Shown here: in pieces, positions 1 through 11,735 of the stretch
Layout: every line of letters begins with the position of its first letter
Numbering within the stretch: the stretch's first letter is position 1
Assembly: GCA_965649765.1 (NCBI GenBank)
Contig: OZ287752.1
Coordinates: forward strand, 80,104,001 to 80,168,000
Direction of reading: 5' to 3'
Length of the DNA stretch: 64,000 nucleotides
DNA from: Bispira polyomma
Lineage: Eukaryota
Notes under the pieces: model-generated
The model's input: the letters and a program-made list of their open reading frames with translations, nothing else
Databases searched by the model: none
What the model was told of the DNA's origin: nothing
Made by a program: the position numbers and the translations under genes

Positions 1-1487
1 CTAACATGTATATGTTTCTAGTATAGGTGGCCAATATGGGGTCTGTAGTACGTCCTGTCTGTAAGACACTGACTACTGCCTGATTGTCACATCTCACTAA
101 AACTCTATTATTCAATTTTTGGACCCATAACTTCATTGCTACCAAAATATTCAACATTTCAAGAGAAGCTATATTATACTCTGTCATACTTATAGGAACT
201 TTAATTTGGTATACTTGATTTCCATAAATCCCCCCCATACCTGTGAGGCAGGCATCCAATTCTATCTCGCCTGATATGGGTTTATGTAAGAAAAAGGAAA
301 CACCATTGAACTGCTCTGCAAAAGTTCTAAACTAATTTAAGTCACGTCTGAATGCATCACTTATTACAATTTTGTTTTTACTATGATTATCTCGTAGCAG
401 TTCCAACATTCTATTCAAGAAAACCCGAGCATATTTAATACATTTAGAGATATATAGCAAAAGGCCCAGTAAGGACTGTAGTTCTCTCTTAGTACAATAA
501 TTTTTTGAAGCCCAATCCCTGCACTTGCTCTGAATTTCTGCCGTCTTTTCAGATGGGATAGAAATTGTGCATTTGACTGTGTCGATTATTATGCCTAAGC
601 AGACTACCTCAGTGCTAGGTGGAACCAATTTTTTCTGGCTAACTGTAAGACCTAGTTCATCGAGCAATTCTTGCAATCTTATAAACGTTTTCTGAATTTT
701 GTGATACACATAAAAAATCATTGATATAATTGTGGACGTCATGATTTTCTGAGTGCATTATGAAACGCACTGCATCCGAAATTCGTTGGAAAATAGTACT
801 GCCATTCAAATAACCGAACGGCAGCGATTTATCGACGTAGTAAGATTTCCACTTCAACCCTAAGAGGTCAATGTCGCCAGGGTCGATAGGGACGTGGCGA
901 AACGCCATACTCACGTCTATTTTAAATATATGACAACCCTTTCCCAATTTAGACACTTCAGTAGTAAGATGATCAATAGAAGGGTAAGACAGTAAAAAAT
1001 CAACACCCAGATACAAAGTCGGAGAAGCACCTGCATTTACTGAAGTCCCCTGAGGCCAACTCAAATCCACAATCACATGTCTGTTAAGCGAGTTGGGTTT
1101 ATGTCTGGTCATTAAAGGGGAACAATGCAAATTCCGAATTGGTGGAGTGTCGAAAGGACCAAGCATTGCCCCAAAGTCACATTCTTCCTTAATATAGGCA
1201 TCTGCATGTTGTGGAAATTCCTCTGCCAACTTATGGTTAGTTTCATTTGACTCGGTATGAATCTTGCGACACACATCAAGAGGGAATCCATATTTTATGA
1301 GGAGAGGCAGTTGCCAACCCCAGTAGGTTTGTAAATACTTCCCCCAAGTTTCTGCTTTTAATTGGGAATAGACAGGAATCTGGAGGCCAGTATAATTATG
1401 CCTGCCATCAAGACGTAGTTTCTCATGCATTTGTAATATGGATAGTTTGTGCCCTCCCCCACCATGGTCGGCAATCTCACTGCCCAA
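1..1487 (-). pseudogene. Reverse transcriptase-RNase H of YR retrotransposon A, frameshifted
   Basis: ORFs 657-1487 and 332-742 plus manual reading of 1-330; YxDD degenerated to YIND. Confidence 0.9.
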
Positions 1488-1518
1488 AGCCGAGAGAGGA
1501 ATAAGTCCATAAGCATGA

Positions 1519-2319
1519 CTACTCTGGTCCCGCCATTTTTTGTGTTTGATTTGAGGCTGCCTTCTGCAGCAACTCCCTTTTATTTTTCTTGTGCTTTAAA
1601 GCACACGAATACGTATCAGAGGTTTCAACATTTTCATTAACACGTTCTGTGCAAGTACTTGTCTCTTGGTGCTTTGCCAAGCCCCCATTGTTACCCGGCG
1701 TGTTACTAGAGCAAACGACCCTCACAATGGCTGCATTGTCCTCCACAGGTATTTGTGGCAACACGGAAAACCGATTGTTAAGCTGAAGGCCACAGTTAGC
1801 TTCATTGACGCGGCTCTTTTCGCCCCCCATTTGAGTCAATATTCTAACACCTTTTGTCTCCGCGCCCTGTTGCTTTGTGCATGGGGGTCGCTTCACAATA
1901 GGTGTCACCTTCTTAGCCACTTGAATGGAGGTGCCAATTACAGGTGTTACCTTTTTAAACCTTTGAATAGATGTGGCAGCAGAGGTGTCAACATTATTCT
2001 TGAGATCAGCTCTGCCAACCTTTCGTGATTGGCAAAACCTGCCCTTTTGTGTCATCTTTCCAGAGCTAAACCTGTCAACCTCACCCTTATGCCTCAGATT
2101 TTCTGTATGTCCAGTATTATATACAAACATTGATTTTCTGGTACTAGCAGTATTTTTTAAAGCCTCACTATAGCTGACATTCGGCCTTTTGACCTTCATA
2201 TAATTACACATTTTCTGATACACATTTTTTTCAAATAAATGAAAATCTTTGAAGCCTGTGCCATAGACAGTTCTATTTACAACCTTAATTTTTGCAACCT
2301 TCTTGTCCACTGCATACAA
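1519..2319 (-). CDS. Basic, low-complexity ORF between gag and RT of element A (probable N-terminal extension of pol)
   Basis: 266-aa open frame with SYSEALK and NNRFSVL motifs and a 14-aa internal duplication (TSIQ..KKVTP x2). Confidence 0.55.
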   Translation of the reverse strand: MYAVDKKVAKIKVVNRTVYGTGFKDFHLFEKNVYQKMCNYMKVKRPNVSYSEALKNTASTRKSMFVYNTGHTENLRHKGEVDRFSSGKMTQKGRFCQSRKVGRADLKNNVDTSAATSIQRFKKVTPVIGTSIQVAKKVTPIVKRPPCTKQQGAETKGVRILTQMGGEKSRVNEANCGLQLNNRFSVLPQIPVEDNAAIVRVVCSSNTPGNNGGLAKHQETSTCTERVNENVETSDTYSCALKHKKNKRELLQKAASNQTQKMAGPE

Positions 2320-2330
2320 GCAGTGGCCCC

Positions 2331-2870
2331 TCAGTTTTTTGCCTCTTTCTTGCTACACATACTGGTCTTATGACTACCCCCACAAGTTTCACAACTATGC
2401 CTATACATTTGCCCCCCTGTGTTATGTGAGCTCGAGAAAGAACCTGCAAGGGATTGACTTTTTCTGACTAGTTTTACTACGGTCAGTACTATCAGCGCGG
2501 CCGTTCGCCCCATGAAAGGATCTTGACACACCTACATGGCGTTGGGCGTATGCCCTGCGGATCCGGTCGACCTTCTCGACATCCAACCACCCGAGCTTGT
2601 CCATTTCCATATTTGTCAGGACTACCGCGTGGCAGGCCTTCGCCGCCTCCCACAAAAACTCTTGGGCATCCTCCATGAGGCCACTCATGTAATCTAGCAT
2701 AGCGTTCTTAATTTCAGTCGACTTCTCCTCGTGAGCGATCCAAGCCACAAACCCATTGAACAAGGGTTAAGTCGTCATAACTAGGGCGAGTCTTCGAACT
2801 GCCGGTCAGCACATAATTCTGGGGCCATTCGACCTCCTTTTTTACAATAACCTCGTTCCCCCCAGTTCTC
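2331..2870 (-). pseudogene. gag-like ORF of element A, frameshifted
   Basis: ORFs 2422-2763 and 2331-2531; DAQEFLWEAAKACHAVVL and Cys/His knuckles; homologous to ORF 16653-16865. Confidence 0.8.
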
Positions 2871-3104
2871 TGTGAGCATGTGTCTCTGTGTGTCTGTTTG
2901 TGTGTTGTCTGTAAAGAGGGGTTAAACTGTTTACCACTTTCCTACACACACACACAGGATACTCTGCTCAGACAAAGTTTCCCTTTAATTAAAACAAATT
3001 AGCATCAGGTGTTGGTTTTGTTTTGGGCTGGCCACTGGTCAACTATCAAATTACACAAGAATATTACAGGCAAACCTGCTAGAGAAAGACCGCATTTACA
3101 GATG

Positions 3105-3345
3105 GAATGCTAGTCAACCAACCTCCTTATTTATCCTCACTTATCAAATCTAGTAGCCTTACCGCCTCTCCATTTCCTCGACCCAACCAAATAGACAAAA
3201 CAGTAGGTGCTGCTTTGCCGTTGCAGCTCCTGTTGAATGAAACAAACTCCCACACACTGTCAGATCACAGCATAAAATCACTGGCTTCAGAAGCCATCTT
3301 ACCTTTTCATACTGGCCTACCCCCCCTCCGTAGTCACCCTTGACT
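3105..3345 (+). mobile_element. L2/CR1-type LINE 3' fragment
   Basis: NQPPYLSSLI..FAVAAPVE*NKLP..LAYPPP* matches the ORF2 C-terminus seen at 11094-11582 and 52540-52775. Confidence 0.75.
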
Positions 3346-3864
3346 TGGTGGATACTTTTTTGTAACAACCTTTTGCTTGCCCCTAGACTTTCCCTTTTTG
3401 ATATCTGTGTGTGATAGTTTTATATTGATGAGGACATTTTGTACACATAATGTGTCTCAGTTTAAAGGATTAACAACAACCACTCTATATGTATGTGTGT
3501 GTGTGGGCAGATTGTGGGCAGAAACTTTTCCAGTAAGTGCAATAAAACTTCCATATAGAATACTTGTAGTCATACAGACAGGTATATATATTATAGATGC
3601 AATTTATAAATGTTTTTAAATTATTATATGTAGACCCTATAAGTATAAAAAGATATCTTTAAAGTCACTACCCACTTGCAGTTTTAACTAGTCCTGATAG
3701 AGTACACATACATACATACATACAAACATACATACACATAACGTCCATGCATAAAAAAGCCAAGTTTTACTTTGAAAGTAGTTTTTCATGTAATACACCC
3801 AGCTTAGCTGTGGAATGACTCACCTTATAAAATCCATACAGCTGCTACCCTTTTCAAGCTTTAA

Positions 3865-4095
3865 TGGGGTTGCGGTGGACTAGTAGTTAGAAGCACCTGC
3901 TTAACAATCACTGGTCTCTCACTGGTCTCTCACCAAGTTTCGAATCCTGTTTGTTCCTTCATATGAGAAAGTTTGTGAATAAACTTGCCACAGGTTGGTG
4001 GCACCGATTCTGCACTGGTTTCGTCCATTGAATCTGGTCGTCATTACATGACCTGTGCTGTTAAAAGTGACATAAGGCCCAACTAAATTCAAATG
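3865..4095 (+). mobile_element. tRNA-derived SINE, full length (V/RUDI-like body and tail)
   Basis: A-box-like TGGACTAGTAGT, B-box-like GTTTCGAATCC, tail GCTGTTAAAAGTGAC; 10-bp TSD CAAGCTTTAA at 3855-3864 and 4096-4105; relatives at 21835, 56505 and 61797. Confidence 0.8.
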
Positions 4096-5381
4096 CAAGC
4101 TTTAAATGCAGACTTCAAACTTCTTTGCTTAGTGAAGTCTTCCTACCATAGTATTTTTACTACCAATCTGACTGACTTCTTGCAGTTCACCCTGTACCTG
4201 GTTAAGATTGTTAAAATATGGTTTCTGATTTGGATGGTGGTAATTTAAAATCTAACCATGACATTTAAAATTTAGACTGCATTTAGGCTGCTTCAAGAAC
4301 CAGTGGTTTAACTTTTTATTTCAGATATTAATACAAAAACAGCAAATACTGAAGTAATATTAGATATATATAATTCTTTATAAGAGATCTAACCAAAAAT
4401 GTTTGTGTTTAAGGTCAATATCAAACATTTTATTTTCAACTATTGAGGTTGAGAAAGGAAAGGTGATTCAATTATGGTGAAGCCTAGCATAAAGCAAGTA
4501 TCATTTTCCTCCCTAATAAGTGTTTTTGTTATAACAAATTGGGTAAATCATGTGACTAGGCCCAAGGTTAACTAGCCAAGGTCATGTCCCTAATAATCCC
4601 TTAACCCAATTACTTGTGCATTGTTACTTTAACAAGATGTGCATAAAAGATTCATTTAAATTTGATTTAGAACTCCAGGGTGTCTCAAACAATTCAGAAT
4701 TACTGCTTGTAGTTTCATCTAATATCAAACCATCTTAATAACATCAGGGCTTTCTTAGATTAGGATTGTAGACACAACTTCAAACTATATGTCTGCAAGA
4801 GTTTAAACCAAAAAGGCTGACTAAACAAAACCAGTCCAAGAAGAAAACTAAATTAAGATTGGGTAGTTTGTTCAACTAAATTATTTATTGATGTACAACT
4901 TCCTGTAATATGCCATGTTGTTTTTACTGATCGCAAGAGAAATTTCGTCAAAAGTAGGGGAGAAAACCCTGCAGCAAAATTGTTATTTCATGCCAACTTA
5001 CACATAATCAGGATATATTTTTATTTATAGTATCTTCTGCTACGAAAATAATATACAACTAGTACATGCACTAAGTACAGTTTATTAACAGGGTAGTGTT
5101 ATAAATCAAAGATAATATAAACATTATTTCCCTCAGCCTTAGTTTGACCCAAGATGTTAAGTGATGTCAATTCTCTTAGTAATGCATCAAACCCATGGCA
5201 TGTTTTTCTGGGGGAGCTGTTGAGTAAGTCACCTTGTAAAGGTGCCATTAAAAAAATTATATCATAGTATTGGGACAGCTGATCAATTATTAAGCCACCA
5301 CTGGAAGTGTAAGACTATCGGTTTTTGACATATGCTTGTTTAGGATGCAAGATGGGGGTGTGTGGGGGCGGGAGAAACTTA

Positions 5382-5978
5382 TGTCCTGGTCACACCTACA
5401 CCTTTTAGAGCTATGTTTGTGTTACGTTGTGTTGATTTTGCAAACGTTTTGAAACGTGGTAGGAAGTGACGATCCTCTGTGCGTTCGTTCCGTGACGTTG
5501 ATTAACGAATGGTATCGTTCCAGAAACATCTCCGTTTCATCTGCTGTGAATTGTTTCAAACTGTTTGAAACAATCGTTGCACAGAACTCTTTTCTCCCCA
5601 TTTCTCTGTTCGTCCCGGAACGTTTCCGAAAGTAGCTTCACATACTAGTAAGTAGTGAGGAAGTCCCAGTAAGTGGTGATATTGTCTCCACTCGTTGTAT
5701 TTTTTCACTAGGTAGCAGAACGAAGCAGAACACACCATTAAGTAGCAGTACAGTAGCTCTACATAGTAGTAGGTAGTGATATCCTACCAGTAAAGGGTCC
5801 ATTTTTTACCCCGCTCCGTGTATATAAGTACCAACATCATCACGAAACATCATGAAATGTCACAATCGACTACCTCTTTATGGAGATGACGTCACTTTGA
5901 CACAAAACTACCACGTTTTCAGTGTATATTGCTTAGGTACGTTGTGCAACGTCAACACGTGTAGGTGTGACCAGGCCA
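5382..5978. mobile_element. MITE / non-autonomous DNA transposon
   Basis: 20-bp TIR TGTCCTGGTCACACCTACAC / GTGTAGGTGTGACCAGGCCA (1 mismatch), TA on both flanks; CpG-richer than surroundings. Confidence 0.8.
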
Positions 5979-6679
5979 TAACGGTAAAAGTTCCTGGTCT
6001 ACACATTCAAACTTTAGAGAAACGAAGCTAAATCATAGCAGTTTTAATGCTTTTCTGGTAAAGGCATGACTGTGAATTCAAAAAGAAGAAATCCTTATGG
6101 TTCTGGTTACATGGGGGTCATTCTAAGTAACCCTTGTCACAACTAAAGCAGCAGTTTTGTTGGGGAAATACTGCAAATTTGTCTTGGTATAGTTTTGTTT
6201 ACCTTTTAGAGCTATATTTGAGTGGAAAACAACATACTTTTCATAATTTAAGGGTGTTTAATTATGGACATGGTTAGCTTAACAACATACATTGTGTAAC
6301 TGTAATAGATGGAACATTGTATATACTAAAAAGGATAAAGGTTTTGAGATATTAACTTGCATGACTTCATTAGAACCACATTGGTCTTGTTGGGGGTTAT
6401 ATAAAACCAATTCAAAGATATATAAACGAAGTAAACTTGCTGAACATGTTGTAACATATTGTAAGAATATTGACACACCTCACCTATTTCTTTACTGACA
6501 GAAGTTGCATGTTGTAAGGTCGAAATCTAGTAAATAATATATTGAGGCATTTGTTGAGCTCCAAATTGAGGAGAACATTCTCTAAGGTGCTCATATCTAA
6601 AAAAGAGAAGGTCAAAGGATAAGCAAAAATTCATTACCAAAAAGCATCCACCAGAGAAAAGACTAAGTAGGTGGTAGCC

Positions 6680-7019
6680 TAGACCGAATAATCTGTCCTT
6701 ATTTAGCGAGATTCATTGCTCTTATTTTGACAACAGACTCACGAAAAGAGACACAACGGATATTATAAGCAAAATGTTGCAAATTTGGACTGATGTAAAA
6801 TGCCCGAAAGACCTGTGTTAATGATTGTGGTTTAGTTTTTATTTTATATTAATTCATATGTTCTATGTCGGCATGAAATAACAGAAAATCGGCTATCACA
6901 TATAAGGAATGTTTAAACAAGATTCTGTCTCCATGTATGCCGTTCTGTCCCTTTTTGTGAGTCCGTCATCAAAATAACAGCAAGGAATCTCGCTAAATAG
7001 GGACAGATTATTTGGTCTA
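6680..7019. mobile_element. MITE with ~80-bp TIRs beginning TAGACC
   Basis: TAGACCGAATAATCTGTCCTTATTTAGCGAGATTC.. inverted at 6935-7019; degenerate 9-bp flanks GTGGTAGCC/GGGGTAGGC; related inverted copy at 52051-53285. Confidence 0.85.
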
Positions 7020-8422
7020 GGGGTAGGCCAGTCTGAAAATGTAACTTTTGTAACAGTCTGACAGATTTTACATTCTGTGGGCACTTTATTCAACCATTCA
7101 ACAAAAGCCATGAGAGCAAAGCACCGCAGTCTCAAGACTGACAAACCTGCACATTCTGCACATATTATGTATATGGTAATAACAGGCCCACCGAGACTCC
7201 AGCTCACATTATAAGGTCTTCACATTTCTAAATATGGTAAAAGCAAACTAAAATCTGATTGTATATTTTAATTCAGTGCTGAGAGCTCTTCTACAACAGC
7301 TGGTTCTATGTTCCAGGTTATGTCCATATACAAGAGTTACCATGGAAAGTTGTGTTGATTTGGAATTGGACTAGAAATTCTTTTGAAAATATTGGCTCCT
7401 GTTTTTCTGTTTCTTCATATCTCACAGTTGGTACCTTTTCCCCATTCACATCTTTGAAGTATGTTTTTGTTATTTGTCCCCCCACATAGCAGGTTGAACT
7501 TCACTGGGATGCTTTAAACTTGCTTAATCAATAGATGCAAATACTGACTCTTTTAATTCCCACAGGCAATGACCCAAAAGAAGCATATTTCCTTTTTGAG
7601 CAACATCTCCACTTGGATGGTTTGTGAATAAATACTTCTCACTTTGAACATAAACAAATCCAATAAACCCGTGACAGTAAAATGCCAACTCTATTTTACC
7701 AAATAATACAGTCTTTTGGTATTTCATCGTGCTGCTTATTTAGGATGAGAAATTTAAAGCAGGTTTTGTATATGTTGATTTCACAATGAAATTGAATTTG
7801 GAATATCTTCCAGTGTATTTACTTCCAGAGCATCGATGCTGCAACTAAAACTCAGGCCAAGGTGCTTTTGGCACAATTCCTTATCAGCATACACACATAT
7901 AAAGGGGGGAAATGCAAGTTAAATGAAACAGAAGACAGTCTTTTCAATTCAATGATAAAAAAAATTTTTACCACAAAATGCCATGACAACAAGATGGTGT
8001 CACTTAATTTTAGTTGGACAAATATTTGTTCAGTTTGAGAAATGCTGGAGATTTTGTATTGGTATAGTCTTTTCCCACACGAATAAACCATTGTTTTTTA
8101 AAGAAAGACATTGGTTGTCGGGCTGTTGTAAAGTCTCTGTTGCAGAACCACATAAACAAGCCTTCACCAAAAATGTTTAAAGTATAAGCCTCTGTGTGAC
8201 TCATTTTTTTCTGAATGATAAATGTTGATTAAAATACTCTAAACCCTTTTGTTTGAGTAGCTATCAGGGCGAAAACTTCAGTAGAATTTATGGTAATAAC
8301 TAATTGATGATATAGACATGTCTCAAACCTAACAAATAATACACACTAAGATCTGTATGTTCATTATTTGAATTTTCCAGACAATTTCAATAATAATCAT
8401 ATTTAAAAAAATACATTGATAT

Positions 8423-8424
<2 letters not shown>

Positions 8425-8485
<61 letters not shown>
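8425..8485. repeat. (AT)n microsatellite
   Basis: About 30 perfect AT units. Confidence 0.98.
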
Positions 8486-8488
<3 letters not shown>

Positions 8489-9599
8489 TTAGTTCTTTTT
8501 TTGCAGTTGATCTTTCAGCCGGTGGATACATAGATCTTCTAAGCCAAATCCTATTGCGAGCAGTTATTTTTTTCATTCATTGAAGTCAGATAAGATAAAG
8601 ATAATAACTATAGTATCAGCCATAAATTTCTCATTAACAGGTTGCTTTGAATTTGGTACAGACATGGAGTGGTGTTAAAGGGAATTTGTTAAAGACAACT
8701 GGCAGTTTTTAAGTCTTCACTTGGGGGCAAAAGTGCTAAACATGAGATTGCACCACAAATACTTCACTAAAACAATTAAATTTTATGATAGAAATAACAA
8801 GGGGACAATACCTTTGTTTGTCAACCAATATAAAGTGTTTGTACACATAAACATGAAAATGGCCCCCATTTTATGGTGATTTCTATTTGCTTATACCCAG
8901 AAATCAAAACAAAAACCCATTGAAAGGCTCAGTACTGGCTTCTTTGTACTGGGAAACCCCCCTTGGGAATTCCCCCTGAAAGACTAATGACTTGGACAGA
9001 ATGAGAGCATTCAACTGGATTATGGCCCTGCCCTTTGTACATGATATGTCTGTTAATTTTTCTTATTGCCCTATCAAGGAAATAGAAGCAATTTCTGGAA
9101 GTATTGGTGGTTTAGGGAGTGGGAGGGACTGGGGTTAGGGTGGGGGTAGGTAAATCTTGTAATTGAATGGAATATCAGCTAATATACCAGGCTGGCCACT
9201 AACTTGACCTTTTTTCATCATCCCACACCAGCAGAGAAATAGACATTTATGTATATAAATTATGCACACTTCTTCTTACAATTGGCTAAAAATTGTAAAA
9301 TTAACGAAATACAGTATACTTTTTGGGGCATATCTCTACTGAATTCTTTCTCTTCTCAAAAAGATAACATAATGGCTAGAATGTCAAGCCAAAATTAAGC
9401 AAAGCTATTCGTTAATTGATATTTATAGAAAACAAATGAAAGTGCATTGAAACATTGGAGGTAATTACATATATTTATATATATTATTGAATTACTTGTG
9501 CCAAGCTTTACTCCAAGAAACTTGATAATAAAAACTAACTACGTGTAATACTTCTTTGATAAAAGCAAAATTAAAGCACTATATTATCAAACCACAGTG

Positions 9600-9800
9600 A
9601 AACTTAGAAAGTGTGGATGAAAAGATAGATGAGTGTGGTAAACTTTGGGCTTTCAAATTGCTAAAAAGGCGGAATTGGACAATATTGTTCAGTCACACCC
9701 AGTGAACACCGAGAGGAGGATGTCAACATCCAGAGCTACACACAAGAGACATATTGTCACGTTTATAGTAGGTGTCGATTATTCAAGTGCTTTGGACCAT
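9600..9800 (+). pseudogene. Possible decayed death-domain exon
   Basis: LESVDEKIDECGK/LGFQIAKKAELDNIVQSHPVNTERRM..HPE/ATHKR resembles the death-domain helix pattern; needs frameshift correction. Confidence 0.3.
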
Positions 9801-11049
9801 GATGAGATCATTTGTTGTACAAGTAAATCTTGTGACTTGTGAATTATACATACATACATTGGAACTTAAAGGTATTATTAATCTGGGTTACTGCATCTAG
9901 TATTTACTTGACATGTATATACATAAGTTGTAGGGCCTTAAATAGTTCATGTTCATGAATTCCATTGTTTGACTGGAAGTCAAGGAAGTCATTTTATAAT
10001 CTATGTAATGGGTAAGCTTGTTTGTCAGTTAATTATATATGCATTGTGATTGTCTATTGTCTGGGTATGCTATTGTGTAGTGTGTAGAATTCTTAAAGAG
10101 AATATTAGTAATCCAGTAAACTACTAACTGTATCATTTGCAGCTGCTATTGCCAGCGAGTTTAAAAAGGACTTTCTAATTTGCCTAAGATCAGGACTTGC
10201 AAATGACATTGACGAAACCTGAAATCTGTATCATATAGGGCGGTAGGTTCCTCACCTTATCACAAGGTAAATATGAGGTGTTTAGTAACAAAGACAAATT
10301 GTGAAACAGCTGCCCTTAGACTAGCTGTTTTAAACATCATAAAACCAGGTCTGATGTGTGGAGTAAGCTTGAGTTTGCTTGTAGACACCCATTAGAAATA
10401 TCTCTATTCAGTGAATCTGGTGGATCTAGATGCACTAATGTGTGTTCGATGCAGTCTTGATCAATGTGTCATCAGCATATAAATGGTAAATATTATAGAG
10501 TTATTGGAGATTATAGTGGTTAGCATTGTGTAAAATTAAACAAAATTGGGATAAAGACCAATGTATGCATAATTCTAGTAAAGCAGAATTTTATAACACA
10601 GCACCAATCTTGAACGAGCTTGAATCTAAAATGAATTTATAGGACTGTATCACTAAAACAAAACCTTAAAATATGTAATAATTGTATTGTTAAACTCACA
10701 TGGATACCTTGAGATAGTGAAATTTTAACATCCTATTATTGCCTTAGTTTAGCATGTAAACATAAGGAGAATATAAAGTTACATATATATTGCCTAAATA
10801 TATATCAACTGGATCGGTATGTACAGCATGTCAGTTCAGATTTCCTCCTAAACATCGGTTTATGACCCTGCTATGGTAATCTCACCCAATACATAGTTTC
10901 TTTAATATACAGATTCATCTGATGCAGATACATATTATTTTTAAGCTTTTACCGCAGTTTGACACGAGTATCTCTGATTCTAGTAACACTTATCACATAA
11001 CACTCTACTGGGTAGATAGTCACAGAGATTATTATTCTCATTATTATTC

Positions 11050-11735
11050 GACGCTATCTTTCCAAATCCACTGCAATTACTGTTGCCAATGCTTTGGTCA
11101 GCAGCAGGCTTGATTACTGCAACTCTCTGTTCTGTTCCTTATCTCGTAGTGATCTCAGACACCTACAGAATATCCAACACTCATTGGCACGTATTGTGAC
11201 CAAAACTTCTAAATTTTCCCATATTACTCCTGTACTCAAGTCACTGCACTGGCTCCCAATAAAATATCGTGTTGCTTTCAAAACAGCAACAATAATATAT
11301 AAATTTCTAAATTCTGGATTACCCACTTATTATAGCCCCCATCTATCCAAATATACATGCTCAGTCAGGACAAGGCGCAGTAACCCTGATAAATTATACC
11401 TTAACATTCTCACTTTCGACCCTCGCATCCACAAATCCAAAGTTCAGTTCAATCACTGCCTAGCTTATGATGACCCCCTCATTTGGAACAGCCTACCTGA
11501 TCATGTTCGCCTGGCTCAAACTTTCTCCTCTTTCAGGAGTAAGCTGAAAGCCTACCTTTTTGAACAGGCTTTTCCACCTTAGCCGTCGCAACCATTTATG
11601 GTAGTCTCCCTGGTTACGACTTCCATCTGTCCACTATTTTTGATTAATGTTTTGGATTTGTTTCGCCTTAGAATTTGTTGTACAAAGATTAAGCGCTATA
11701 AAAGTACGACCAGATTAGATTAGATTAGATTAGAT
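11050..11735 (+). mobile_element. L2/CR1-type LINE 3' end with (TAGAT)n tail
   Basis: ANALVSSRLDYCNSL..HITPVLKSLHWLPI..WNSLP..LKAYLFEQAFPP*; 3' UTR stem-loop at ~11664-11695; GATTA repeats at 11713-11735. Confidence 0.93.

Larger units (their letters stand above)
1..3100 (-). mobile_element. Tyrosine-recombinase retrotransposon, Ngaro/DIRS-like, copy A (3' part runs off the window start)
   Basis: Minus-strand order gag-like (WPQNYVLTG..YDDLTLVQWV; Cys/His knuckle CETCGGSHKTSMC), long basic ORF, RT (YGFPL, VIVDLSWPQG, KIDVSMAFRH, LPFG, NYINDF), RNase H (ELDACLTGMGG, ASLEMLNILVA, RCDNQAVV). Frameshifts present. 5' boundary approximate; family call rests on similarity to the YR-bearing copies B and D. 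Confidence 0.88.
3630..7640 (-). pseudogene. Decayed Chapaev-like transposase with RAG1-like N-terminal Zn domain and RING finger
   Basis: Manual frameshift-corrected minus-strand reading gives, in order: H..EMLLKKEICFF(C)G, HPSEV(C)STCY, EWGKGTNCEI*, CRMCRFVSLETAVLCSHGFC..WLNKVPTECKIC, YEHLREC, KPLSF, GRLH..EVCIK..EKGSSCM, VKLQVGSDFKDIFLYL*GL. Residues in brackets are inferred. Confidence 0.55.

Noticed and set aside
3866-3950. tRNA gene
   Set aside because: No complete cloverleaf; followed by SINE body, tail and TSD
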